DNA from: Azolla caroliniana
Lineage: Eukaryota > Plantae > Polypodiophyta
Assembly: GCA_043228905.1 (NCBI GenBank)
Contig: JBHGNT010000020.1
Coordinates: forward strand, 13,392,001-13,456,000
Length of the DNA: 64,000 nucleotides
Direction of reading: 5' to 3'
The translations under genes and the position numbers were made by a program. Every line of letters starts with the position of its first letter. Positions within the stretch are counted from its first letter, which is position 1. Below the pieces are notes generated by a model. That model made no database searches, was not told the origin of the DNA, and saw nothing but the letters and a program-made list of their open reading frames with translations. Shown piece by piece: positions 52,001 to 63,602 of this stretch.

Positions 52001-54294
52001 AAAGGTTGATAAGGTATGAGTCACGATAGATTTAGGCCCTTGAATTGCTCGTATAGTCAAACAGTTTGTCTCTTAGGCCTAAGGATTCATTATCTATCTA
52101 ATTTTTTGTTTTCGCGTAATGAAAGATTTAGAAGTTCATTGTCAGGGGTCTACTTCCACTGAAACATCATCAACAACTTGGCCTCTGCTTCTTACATTTC
52201 TAGGTTCAATGTCAATCGGCACGTTTCTAGCCAGCTTCTTGCGAAGTCAGGGATATATTTCCAAATCAAGTGATGCTGTAAAAGAATCACGCTCATTTAG
52301 TGGTCTTCTTAGTGCCACTTTTGGTATGCTAACACAGAAGAAGATGCTCTTGCTTTTATCTCTGCTTATATACAGTGGCTTACAACAGGCCTTTATATGG
52401 TATGTACACACAATTCTAGATAAGGTGACGGGTTTCATCATTTTTATTGTGGAAATTTGGATCTTAACCTTGCAAAATTTTGTAGGTGCTATTTGAAACC
52501 CAATGCTCATTTGGTGATTTATTGAAAATATTTTTATATGAGTTAAATTGAGAACAGTCACACTTAGTGGAATTTTAGGAATCATGACAAAGTAGGGTGG
52601 CATTTGGATAATACATTATCTTATGCTAACATAATGTAATTCTAGGCATTTTATGATTATTGTTCGTGATTTTGTACACATCTTTGGCATAAGGCTATGC
52701 TAATAGGGAAAAGTAATCCAGGGATGATTTTACGGAGAACATCGTTACACCATCACTCGGCATATCCTGGATTGGTGGTGTAATGGCTGCATTTGGTGCA
52801 GCAGATGCAATAGTAAGTGGGCAATATTTGATTATGTGTTTCATGATTCCATTACTAATAATAGACAGCCTAAATACTGATTGAAAAATTTCGGTTGCTT
52901 TTTATGATGCATAAATAAATCATTCACATTCGTTTGTCTATAGACATCGATATAGGAAGATAATTCTCTTATCTATTTCGCAATTGGTGAGAGTGTTATT
53001 TGTATTTCAACCTACTTGATAAACTGTAAAGTTTGTAGGAGGTTAATATCACAGTGAAAAGTAGTTACACAATCAACTGCATTTATTACCTTCATAGTTT
53101 CAATACCATATCAAACATTCAGGTTTTCACTCGACCAATATATTTACATGCTTGCTATTCAGAAAAGATCTTGAGGATCATGTATATATGGCCTCTTTTT
53201 GAATGTTATACAGTTAACTTTAAGACACATATCTCTACCTGCCTATATATATGCCTATGTGTGCCTATATATACATATATAGATATATATGCATTTTTCT
53301 TGCGATTTCATTTCCTTATAATCATTTTTTTGGCCTTAGATTAATCTTTTCTCATCAATAACCTTTTGTTTACTGAAAAGGAGAGTATTTTATTTGGATT
53401 GAATTTTGAGGGTTAATTGTACACAGTGCTCGTTATTAGCTGGTCGGATTTCTTCTGGTATATCATCTGTATTGATGTTGGTCTTCACTGCAGCAGTTGC
53501 TCAGCTTTCCGTCCTCATTTGTCTAGCTTTCAAACAAAGGTATAAATTGCTATTAAGAAAATGTCTGCATAAAAAATAAAGTTGAAACTAGGATTTCCAT
53601 GAATCCTAGCAACCATTAGCTTGCTTTCACTATCACTATTGCCTTTACTCCTACTTTTATTACTGTTTGCAGCTATGAAAATAATTTAGAAGATTATGTT
53701 GCTCTCTTTGGTTTGGCTATTGTATGGGGCCTTGGGGATGCTATATTCCATACTCAGATCAGTGTATTACTGGGCACACTTTTCCCAACAAATATGGTAT
53801 GATGCTCCTTTACAAATTACATTGCTGGAAGAAATGCAAGCATAGATCAATGATTAGATGTCTATGTATAATAATTCTTGATTAATAACACAGTATTAGT
53901 GTCAACCCATACTGTTGCATTAATTGCAAATTCAAACACAGAATAATGATGTTTATGAAAAAAACACCAAAATATGTTTCAACTTGTTTGGTATTCACCA
54001 CGACATGGTCTTAAAAATGTATTTGCAGGCTAACAAGTTAGATTTCCTGTGAAATAAAGCACTGCACAGTAATTTTGACTAGAATTGTACAATCATGGTT
54101 GGTTAAATGAACCTTGTTTTTTTTAATATCACCAGGAGGCTGCTTTTGCTCAATGGAAGATATGGCAGAGTGCAGCATCAGGCCTGATTTTTGTCATCAT
54201 GTCCTCAACAGATTTTTTATTACGACTCGTGATATTGCTAATCATGCTACCTATTTCTGTTATAAGTATTTCTATCCTTAGGTACACATTGTAA
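49033..54294 (+). CDS. UNC93-like MFS-fold membrane protein (AT3G09470-type), ~438 aa, 10 exons
   Basis: Exons 49033..49221, 50667..50830, 51024..51087, 51168..51281, 51969..52013, 52146..52399, 52722..52812, 53427..53539, 53673..53796, 54136..54294 (1317 nt, in frame). Motifs FLFVFLAYGATQNLES, WVAQGTYIT, FNGVFWGFFA, YSGLQQAFIW, WGLGDA and EAAFAQWKIWQS. Confidence 0.92.
49668..50050. repeat. Tandem duplication (~190-bp unit) in UNC93-like intron 1
   Basis: CATATACAAACAT..CAGAAAGTAAGA(C/T)CTCAAGTAGATATTT..TCACTTGTGGCAAATCTCAATGT..CAATCCCACAA occurs at ~49670 and ~49860. Confidence 0.9.
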
Positions 54295-54789
54295 CCCTAG
54301 GGGCTTGCATAAAACATTCAGTTAAAGGATGGATCGATTGCTTTCATTAAGAGCATCTTCATCTTCAAATTCTTAATTTGTGCATTTATGGAATTGTGTT
54401 ATTTCACACAAACTACATTTTCCTCTTTCATGTGCGCAAGTCTGCAATTTCACTCTTTCTTGGACCTGGGTTAAATGCGTTCTTTTTGCTAGTCAAGGTC
54501 AGTCACACTATTGATAAGATTGAGGTTTTGGAAGTTCCAAGCTGTTCTATAGTGAATAATGTAAGTTTTTTGAATACCTAAAAGGAAATATGGGAGTGGA
54601 TTTCTCTAGAAATGTAATCTTATTCTTATCTGCAAAGAGTTTGAAAGGTACAAAAAGGTAGGAGTTCTAGAATGATGTTGTGGCTGGTCTCATGCTTTGT
54701 CAACATGAAGTTCTAGAAAATGCCTGTGCTGTCTTGGTTGTATTATTGCCATCATTTTTGTTTTGTCCACATTTAGAGTTAGTCAATTA

Positions 54790-55290
54790 ATTTGATAGAA
54801 TGTGTGCAATACATAAACTAAGTGTTGCATGTCATCCACAATATATGTTGCATATCATCAACAAATAGGAGTACGAAAATGAGCTCATGCATGACTTTTA
54901 GCCCATCCAATTCTTCTTTTGTAGCCGCCTTCTTTACCATTCCTTCAAGTTTATCGATGCATAGAACAAATAGTGTGGGAGAGGGTAGACACACTTGCTT
55001 TACCCCCATGTTGCTCAAAGAGCACCTCAAGAAGCCACTATCCATTTTCAATTGTCACTACAATGTACTAGAGCTGCTCTATACAATTGCCACTAACTTG
55101 CTCATACAAATGTACTATAGCTGCACTACACTATAATACATTATGATCTCTACCATTCTTTTTCAAAGCTCACATCGTAATACAATTTTAAAGGCTTCGT
55201 TGAAGTCCACCAAACGACTATATAGTGTTTCCCCTTGAAGATCTTTCTTCCATAATAACTTTAAGAGTAACTAAATGATTGAATGTGCAT
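54790..55290 (-). mobile_element. Decayed RTE-like LINE RT fragment
   Basis: ORF 54818..55051 contains SNMGVKQVCLPSPTLFVLCIDKL..LLFVDD, with LVDFNEAF upstream. Confidence 0.75.
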
Positions 55291-56199
55291 GTGTGAGAGA
55301 GATTCTATTATCATCTTCGGACGTCAGATATGACCTATGAGACGAAAATATTACATTTTACGTAATACATGTGAGTGAGTAGTGACTCATGATGTTCAAG
55401 AACTTTACCAATGAATGTTGCAATTGACAATGCACATTGTTTTTGTGAGAGAAATTTGAGCAAGGATTGGGTTTGGTTGGTTGAAGATGTGTGGAAAGAA
55501 TGGTCGAATATGATAAAAGGCAAAGCATTCTATCAAAGTGAGATACTTAGACTCTCAAGCTTGTTTAGGGCAAAGTGTGCATAGTCGGCCACAACTATCA
55601 CATGTGCCTCAACGCTGCATCTCACGTCTCAATGACAAACAATAGGATGAACTATAACATGTATTGATGTGTACAGTTTCCCCGTTTGGCGAAGAATATG
55701 GTTTTGTAGTTAAGTGCAACATGTGTAGTATAATGTGTAATCGTGAGCGTCCACATTTATCCCATGTCATGCTACATTGGCGTTGCAAAAAGGCCTCATT
55801 TACAAAGGAATCTAGTGATGCATCGTGAATCAAGTGTGTTGCATCCCATCTACCAAATCATTTTCCATATCTTGCATCCAACTGGAACACAAAATTTTGC
55901 TTTTATGTGTCTTTTGAATCTTTTTGCTTGCTTTCCATGTGATTCTAGAAAGTTGATGTGAGGGTCTTTTTTAAACCTTAAGCATGTATCCCGTCTCAAG
56001 GAGCATGTATGAGGTTTTTTCCTAAAGTTGAAGAAACTTTGTAAGAAAAAGTTTTTGGACATTTTCAAACTTTGTCCATGTAGATTTAGGGATGCTACCA
56101 CCCCATGCTTTTACCCTATAGAGAAGCACCGATGTCACTAAAGTAAAGTGTTGAAAATGTATTTCTTGAGGACCCAACACTTAATATCTCAATGTGGTG

Positions 56200-56802
56200 A
56201 ACTACGATAGCACATGCAAAGCTATGTACAGATGGGAGAATGGAAATGTTCGACTAATAATTGACAACATGGTATTGCGCAGAAGCAAAAACTTGGAGAT
56301 TTATGGACATTGCTTGCACCCATTACCATATGGTACATATGAACAATAAGGTGTACCAGGGTATTTTCAGCAAACAAACACCCTCCAGTTGAATTGATTA
56401 GGTTAATATGGCACACACTAATAACTGCACTTAGAGCTCAATATGAGTGGATTGATGGTACTGATGATGCTTCAGAATTAATGGGGCTGAATTTCGGAAA
56501 ACGATGGTGTACTACACCGATGGCCTCAACAAATGGAAGGGATATACGATGACAATATGTAGTACCCAGATGGTTGTTCCCCCCTCCCATTAGTTGAAAG
56601 AGGGGCGTGAACAAGATGTCATGTGGGATATTGAATGCGGGTGATGTATAGGAAAGGATGTCTAGAGACACATGTGAAAGTGTAAGATAAATAAGTGAGA
56701 TCACTTATGAAGGATTGGATAGTCTAATCAAGGCCTACCCGAGAAAGGGATCGAAGTTGTGTATATTTTAACTAATGGAGTATATTCTTTTTTGGAAAAA
56801 AA
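56200..56802 (+). mobile_element. Decayed 3' end of an L1-type LINE (family C), inverted relative to the copy at 61831
   Basis: Strongly similar to the reverse complement of ~61831-62400 (e.g. GTACCCAGATGGTTGTTCCCCCCTCCC, CCTACCCGAGAAAGGGATCGA). Ends ACTAATGGAGTATATTC-T6-GG-A7. Confidence 0.85.
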
Positions 56803-56974
56803 TATACTCTCTTTCCCTCCTCTAGGCGGCGTGTAGCACATTCATTCCATCAGTGATTTTATGGAACTTCAAGGCCAAGATATTTGAAGTTTTCACACAT
56901 TTAGGTGGCTCATTATTTTTACATAATGCATGGTTTATCTTTTTTTGGCTCTTCACAAGCTTAACCTTTCCTCC

Positions 56975-57570
56975 CCCCCCCAAAAAAAACTCCTTCCATT
57001 AGTTATAAAATTTTACAGATGAGAATGTTATATACAAGTCCTAGTAGGGATGTGATAGTTCCATCTTATGTAGAGACCCACTGACTCAAGAAAGGGAGAA
57101 GACGCTCATTGTTGGATGAAGGCTAATTGTTATCTTTTGGCTCCATCGGTCCCGCCCGTGTGACCATCGTATTGGCTCTTTAGTGTGGCTATAACGTCAC
57201 TCCATATCTCCTGTAGTAACATTGCTTGATGCATGGTTTGATTGGTCCAAAAGATCCGCCTACATCGCTATTTTCCAGAGAATCCAATGTTTTATTGGGT
57301 TGATCAATTCCAACACAACTTGAGCTTTGACATTAATAGGAGTTGAGTGGATATTGTCGGTCGGTGGAAGAGAACAAGTTGTCGATGGAGGAGAACAAGA
57401 TCTCTTGTGCCTTTATCACTAACGTCATCCCCTCCCGATGTTCGTATCTATCAACTAGGGCCTGCCTTGATAACTAACATACATTCCCCACTTGACTGTG
57501 CCTTGCACTTGGCATAATTGCAATAAGCGGCCAACCCCTTGCCATATTTGATGGGTCGCTGGGCAATTTG
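56975..57570 (-). mobile_element. Decayed 3' end of an L1-type LINE (family B), tail-to-tail with the 56200-56802 copy
   Basis: Reverse-complement homolog of 27830-28448 (GTAAAATTTTATAACTAATGGAAGGAG, CCTTCATCCAACAATG, GGTTGGCC(A/G)CTTATTG). Confidence 0.8.
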
Positions 57571-59412
57571 TTTTAGAGAGAGGAGAGAGCACAATTACTT
57601 TAATAAATTTGTTTCAAAAACACCACTTATAATGGGTATTGGATAGAGTATGATCACCACTACAAAAGTAGTGGAACATATTGAATTGCCAATAGGTAAG
57701 ACAAACACTCCACTGAGGAAAGAATTTCTACTTGCTCCAATAAAGAAAATTTCCACATTAATACTCCACGTTTTGTAGATACACTTTAACTCCATGCTCA
57801 CATCAAATACAAAAGCATTGAACATATTCCAATTATGATGCAATCCCCAAAATCTTAGAAACAGGAGAACAATCTCTATCTCCGATTTTGGGTGGACCTA
57901 TGTGAATTTATTATGGTAGTTTGTTTATACATTAGTAGCTCAAGGGCAATCGACTCTCGCTCTCACCCCATCTCATCAACAAAATGATAGACAATGGTAC
58001 ATCTGCCCCACATTGATGTGAGGTGGTTCTAAATAAGAACACATGAGCAAGACATAAACTAAGTATATCAAAATAGGTTACATCTTTGACACTTTTGTGA
58101 TGGATTAGAACAAATTGCTCAAAGTTCTTACCATGATGCTTATGCTAATAAATTGAGGAAGAAACATTTCCAACCATTCATCATTTTAGTTTTAATTGTT
58201 AGACGATACAAGACGATCACCTGGCGAATTGGAGTAAATCGATGGGTGTTCTATTAGATATAGATATAGCTGACATCTTGAGTGAAGTCACATAATTATT
58301 CATGAAGAGACGAAAACTAAGAGGAGAAGGGGAGTGGATGGTATGGTTTTGGAGAAGAAATGTTCGAGGCTAACTAATTAGTACACAAAATATAATAGAC
58401 AAAAACAAGGAAAGAGGGGTGGCAGAAAACTGAACCATCCCCCTACTGATAGCTTCACACAAACCTAAACCTCCTTTTATGTCCCATACCATCGAGTGTT
58501 AATGTAGGTCATGCCTTGGGTTTTGTGAGGGTCACATGTGCTTAGTTAACAAGAGCCATAATGTAACAAGAAGCATACAATGATGGTGAATAATTTCCAA
58601 CCATTTTTCGTAGTTACATAATTATATTGTTTGAGATCTATAATGATATTACTCTTGCTAGAAAAGTGTAGGGTTCATGAATAAGATGTAGGATCAAACT
58701 CAAGAGTACAATTTACGTTTGGACTCCATAAAAACCATCCATTCGCCAAATTTTTCAACACAACTTGTTTTAGGGTTCCCCTTGATATGTACACTTATCA
58801 CATGTGCTTCTAAAACCCAGAATTTTCATTCATTTTTAAGATGTATGTTGGTCTGCATGTATTGTATTCAGTTTGGGATTGATCAAATAAAACCGTTCCT
58901 TAGATTTCGAACGTGTTATTAAAAAAGTCAATTAATTATTCGGAATTGAATGTGACATGGTGGCAGTTAAAATCAAATGTTTTTGTGATGCCATGATATG
59001 TAGCTACCTGAAATGGTAATAAACTAGGTGGTAGTGCCATTTCATGCTTTTACCCATCGGTAAATATGCCTACTTTCGTTGTCGGCCAATCCACTAAATG
59101 ATCCACACTGTCATTGCTCACACCACATACTAAGGGACAATATTTTGTACATTTGTCATCATGTGTGTGGAAGTGAATGATGTAACCATTGAGGTTGGTA
59201 AGCAATGATGAGCTACGAAAGCCAAGAAAAGCGCGTACAACGCTTTCCTAATGCTCACCTATTTATACACATTTTATATGGGAAAATGAGTACAGATGAA
59301 CGTGGAACACTTTCAACGAACCAAAACAAATCAGCAGCGTCTTCAAATTTTCGAGGCCTCCAAAAATGATGACCTCGGTCTTAAGGTATGTGAAAAGAGT
59401 TATAATAATAAC

Positions 59413-59897
59413 AAGAGAAAGCCCCCCTAAAGGTTGTGTTGTTTCCCCAAAGTGCACCCCCTAAGTCTTCATTATGTCTCGAAAATCCCCTTTTCACAAC
59501 TGTGAAGTTTTCCCTTTATTTTACAAAATGCCCTATAAATTTTCATTATTTCTCAAAATGCCCCTATGTTTCGATCATTCTTGAAATGTCCCTTGGTTGA
59601 AATCCCTCAAGGAAACCATCCTAACCAAATAAATAGACTTAACTCATCCATCCTCTTCCTTCATCTTATTTATGTGTGCTATCATAATAGCTCCTAGCTT
59701 CTTCTAAGCAAATAAGTAGACAACTCATCCCTTCTTCTTCCTTCATCTCCTTTACATGTCCTATCATAGTAGCTTCTTTTGTACATTCATATCCTATCTT
59801 CCTTTCTCCATCTTCGAAGGGACATCTCGGGGGAAATAACAAAAGAAACCTAGGGGAATGTGGCGAAACGACGAGAAAGGCCAGGGGTATTTCCTAG
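59413..59897. mobile_element. Possible old Mutator-like MITE
   Basis: The left end is rich in CCCCT motifs and the right end in AGGGG motifs, forming loose long inverted termini. No TSD found. Confidence 0.3.
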
Positions 59898-59939
59898 ATT
59901 ATGTGCTAATGATAATAATAGACCTCGAGTGTGGAGTGG

Positions 59940-60260
59940 ATTAGTAGCATTTCGGAGTTAAGATTCAATTAGTAGCACACTTAGTTGGAGCTAAGATTCA
60001 ATTAGTAGCACACTTAGTTGGAGTTAAGATTCAATTAGTAGCACACTTAGTTGGAGTTAAGATTCAATTAGTTAATACTAAATTAGGAGCACAATTAGCT
60101 AAGACTAAATTAGTAGCACAATTAGTTAAGACTAAATTAGTATCACAATTAATTGGGAGTTAGATTAAATTGCTAGCACAATCCTAAGTTGGATTTAGAT
60201 TAAATTAGTAGCACAATTAGTTAGATTAAATTCAATTAGTAGCACAATTATACTTGGGAG
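59940..60260. repeat. Promoter-proximal tandem array: ~3.6 near-perfect 33-bp units plus shorter variants of the ATTAGTAGCAC core
   Basis: GGAGTTAAGATTCAATTAGTAGCACACTTAGTT at 59954, 59987 and 60020, partial at 60053, then degenerate copies to ~60250. Confidence 0.93.
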
Positions 60261-60319
60261 TTTGTTAAAATGAAGAGATGAGAAGCAACTAATATATTAT
60301 ATATGTGTGTGTGTTTGTT

Positions 60320-60919
60320 ATGTATGAATTGAACAGAAAACCTGCTGTCCCTGCCCCAAGTCCTGCTGCAGCTCGCTGTAATTCGGGGGCGAAATGGGCG
60401 ATGACCTTGAGCCATGGGCTGGCCCCGGGGTGCGGGGCGGACGAGGCATGGGCGGTCATCGGGAGCTTCGGGGGGCTACACCGATGGCTCCCGACCGTGG
60501 AAGTGTGCGATATAATCGAGGGCCAGGACGGCATCCCGGGGTGTGTTCGCTACGTGGCTGGAAAGGGCCGGAGGCCCGACGGATCCCCGCAGAGATGGGT
60601 CCTCGAGAAGCTCCTCGATCTCTCGTCCGACCGCCGATCCTTCTCCTACTCCATCCTCGACAGCAGCTACGGCTTCGAGGAGTACACCGCGTGCTTCTCC
60701 GTATGTGCCGATCCGAGCTCCCATGGTGTGCTCCATGGCACCTCCAATGTTGTCACATGGAGCTTCGAAATGAGCCCTACCCTCGCCGGATCGCGCCACG
60801 AAGTCTTCAATTTGCTCACAGACATCTTCAATCGGATGATGGGCAGTCTGGAATCCACTCTCCTAGGATCAGGATCAGGATCTGAATCTGGATCTGGATC
60901 TACATCTGCACAGACATAG
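60320..60919 (+). CDS. Lachrymatory-factor-synthase-like SRPBCC/START (Polyketide_cyc2, Bet v1 fold) protein, intronless, ~199 aa
   Basis: AKW..AWAVIGSFGGLHRWLP..C..IEG....GCVRYV..WVLEKL..FSYSI..GFEEY..WSF is the plant LFS-like pattern. The first in-frame ATG is at 60320, after a TA-rich box at ~60291-60303. C-terminal (GS)n tail; markedly GC-rich. Confidence 0.85.
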   Translation: MYELNRKPAVPAPSPAAARCNSGAKWAMTLSHGLAPGCGADEAWAVIGSFGGLHRWLPTVEVCDIIEGQDGIPGCVRYVAGKGRRPDGSPQRWVLEKLLDLSSDRRSFSYSILDSSYGFEEYTACFSVCADPSSHGVLHGTSNVVTWSFEMSPTLAGSRHEVFNLLTDIFNRMMGSLESTLLGSGSGSESGSGSTSAQT

Positions 60920-61012
60920 CCCAGTACTCTCCCCATTTACTTCTTTCTGGTCACTCCCACCCTAGTAGATTTGACTTGTTCTACACTTTGATATTTAAAT
61001 ATACACATGTAT

Positions 61013-61243
61013 GCATCTACAACAAGTGAACCAAAATCATCTCACTTCCAAATGTCACTACATTTAGTTCTCATACACATGCATAGCATCTAGTACAACA
61101 AGTGAACCAAAAATCATCTATATCTCACTCTCATTTCCAAATGTCACTACATTTAGTTCTCATACACATACCTACATAGGCTATGGCATCTACAACAAGT
61201 GAACTAAATCATCTCACTTCCAAATGTCACCACATTTATTTAG
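61013..61243. repeat. Three tandem ~70-100-bp units in the 3' region of the LFS-like gene
   Basis: ACAACAAGTGAAC(C/T)AAA..TCATCT..TTCCAAATGTCAC(T/C)ACATTTA is repeated at ~61019, 61095 and 61192. Confidence 0.9.
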
Positions 61244-61830
61244 TATAGAAATATGGCCACTCTTTGTCATTTTCTATACATTTATTGTATCTTTTTCACC
61301 ACCCTCCTGCTCCACAAAGTCAATCACTATCCAATACCTATTTGTCTTGAACAAAACCAAGCTCAATTGTTACCTCGTAACTATTTTTAACTTGTTGATT
61401 ACAGTCTTTTGATATGATTATCTTTGTTACTTCGAGACTTGTATATTTTGTTATTAATGTATTGCTTAAACACTCGAATTTGGTCTACAAAAGCCATGGG
61501 TTCCCATAGATCATACAATTTGTTGCCATTTGTCGATTCTCGACATGAATTAGGCTCTTTTGATATTTCTACATCGTCAACTTGAGGATTCTGTGTAAGT
61601 TACGACCTGACCCATGATTAGAATCTCAATGAGGTCCATTGTCACTTTTCAACCTTCCTATAAAAATGTATGATAAAATCGATATTTTATATGTTTTTGA
61701 ATTGGGGCGATGCTTATATTTTTACAATTTGATTTGGGGTGATGCCTATAATTTTACAATGACAAAGGCAAGAATTAATTTTAGCCCTTAAATACAAGGG
61801 GATTATATCTATTATTCAAAATTATGTTGG

Positions 61831-63200
61831 TTTTTTTTTCCAAAAAAAGAATATACTCCATTAGTTAAAATATACACAAACTCGATCCCTTTCTCGGGTA
61901 GGCAGTGCCAAGACTATCCTATCCTACATAAGAGATCTCGCTTATTTATCTTACACTTTCACATATGTCTCGAGCCATCCTTTCATACATATCACCTACA
62001 TTCACTATCCCACATGCCATGTCTTTCACGCCCCTCGTTCAACTATTGGGAGGGGGGAACAACCATCTGGGTACTTCATACTTCCATAGTATATCCATTC
62101 CATTTGTTGTGGTCATCGGTGTAGTACACCATCGCTTTCGAAAATTCAGCCTCATTAGTTCTGCAACATCATCAATACCATCAATCCGCTCATATTGAGC
62201 TCTTAGTGTAGTTATTAATGTGTGCCAGATTAGCTTAATCGATTCAGCTAGAGGGCGTTTGTGTGCTGAAAATACCCTGGTACACCTTGCTGTCCATATA
62301 CACCATATAGTAATGGGGGCAAGCAAGGTCCAAAGATCTCCAAGTTTTTGATTTTGTGCACAAGTTGTAGGTACCCTGTTGTTTGTGATCAGCCGAGCAA
62401 TGTCATTCTCCTCTCTGTACTGAGCATTGCATGTGCTATCGTATTTCGCCACATCAACCTCAAGACAAATCCAGCAAGCATGTCCCCAGTTGAGGGTGAA
62501 CGAACTAGAGGCATGGCAAAACAAACGTAGTGTCCTTCCCCATACAACCATTGCCTCGCGACATTCCCATAGACAATGGGAAATGCTTTCTATATGTCCA
62601 TATGTAATACATCTAGGGTCTACATTGGGGCCTTTACCCCACGTCCCTACCGGCAATGCTCTATGTGCAATAAGCCATAAACACATCATTATCTTGCGGT
62701 CATATATGTCATGCCATATCATTTTCCAAAATTTATCTAGTCTCATTTCACTACTGCCCTCATTATCCAAAATTTCTTTGCCGCAATCTTGTTGTGTTCT
62801 TGTTCTACAATAATTTGCCTCCCAATCTTCGTGTTATACCTGAAAAATTGAACCAACTTTTACCCATTAGTTCATCCTTGAGTTCGTCCTTCGGTGTGAT
62901 GACCCTTGGGTTAGGGTCAATAATCATATTCTTGCCATTTTTTGCGATTAGCCTAATCGGCCTTTCTCTTTGAAAGGTTGGTTGCTCAACTCTTACCATT
63001 CCACGCTCTAGTTTGTAGTAGCATACCTCATTCGATTCTACTTTCATTCCCTTAATGCTAATTAAACAGTTCTCAACATCTATAAGTGTCCACGCAATTT
63101 CAGAGGTTGTTACTTCTTCCTCTTTCAAGGTATTCTTGAAGCATGCAATGGCATCTGTAATTCTCTTGAGCATGCCTTTACCCCTGCTTATTCGCCACAT
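61831..63200 (-). mobile_element. 5'-truncated, disrupted L1-type LINE (family C) with zf-RVT
   Basis: ORFs 62805..63200 and 62039..62770 are separated by a stop and frameshift. Motifs WLIAHRALPVG, ESISHCLWEC and WKYEVPRWLFPP. 3' end T7-GG-A9 at 61831-61848. Confidence 0.88.
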
Positions 63201-63602
63201 AGAATATGTAATTCATAAGATTTACTAAGCCTAGATCCATATTTAGGTTTGTAGGATTACAACATATAATTAAACTCGTTGATATGCAATCACAAAAGAG
63301 ATACTAATCACACTAAATTGATATGTTTGCTTGTATACTCTCAAATTATGTGATAAATCTTAATAAGTTGTGCACAAAGGAGTTTGATGACACTAAGGCC
63401 CCGTTCTCAAACTCTAGGTATACATTATTGAACAAGAAGAAAACATCAAAGATCTTTATTATCATTTGTAACACATAAGTTTAAGGAGAGAACTATTAAT
63501 ACCAAAGACACTTTGCATTCAGTAAGGGAATCATGTTATAGAAGAGGATATATATGCATTCATTAATATTACTAGAGATACACATAAACGTCAATGTTAA
63601 GA

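Noticed and set aside
5174-60919. Functional gene cluster (kinase, RCC1, two transporters, LFS-like)
   Set aside because: Unrelated conserved gene families with no shared pathway. Nothing in the sequence indicates co-regulation.
60289-60936. Multiple alternative-frame and antisense ORFs over the LFS-like gene; PYR/PYL ABA receptor or bacterial HGT interpretation
   Set aside because: The extra ORFs follow from high GC. Gate and latch motifs are absent. The protein matches the plant LFS-like pattern, so GC content alone does not support HGT.
61810-63355. TCAAA(A)TTATGT on both sides of the family-C LINE as a TSD
   Set aside because: Imperfect, AT-rich, and ~140 bp beyond the end of the recognisable ORF. 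Could be chance.
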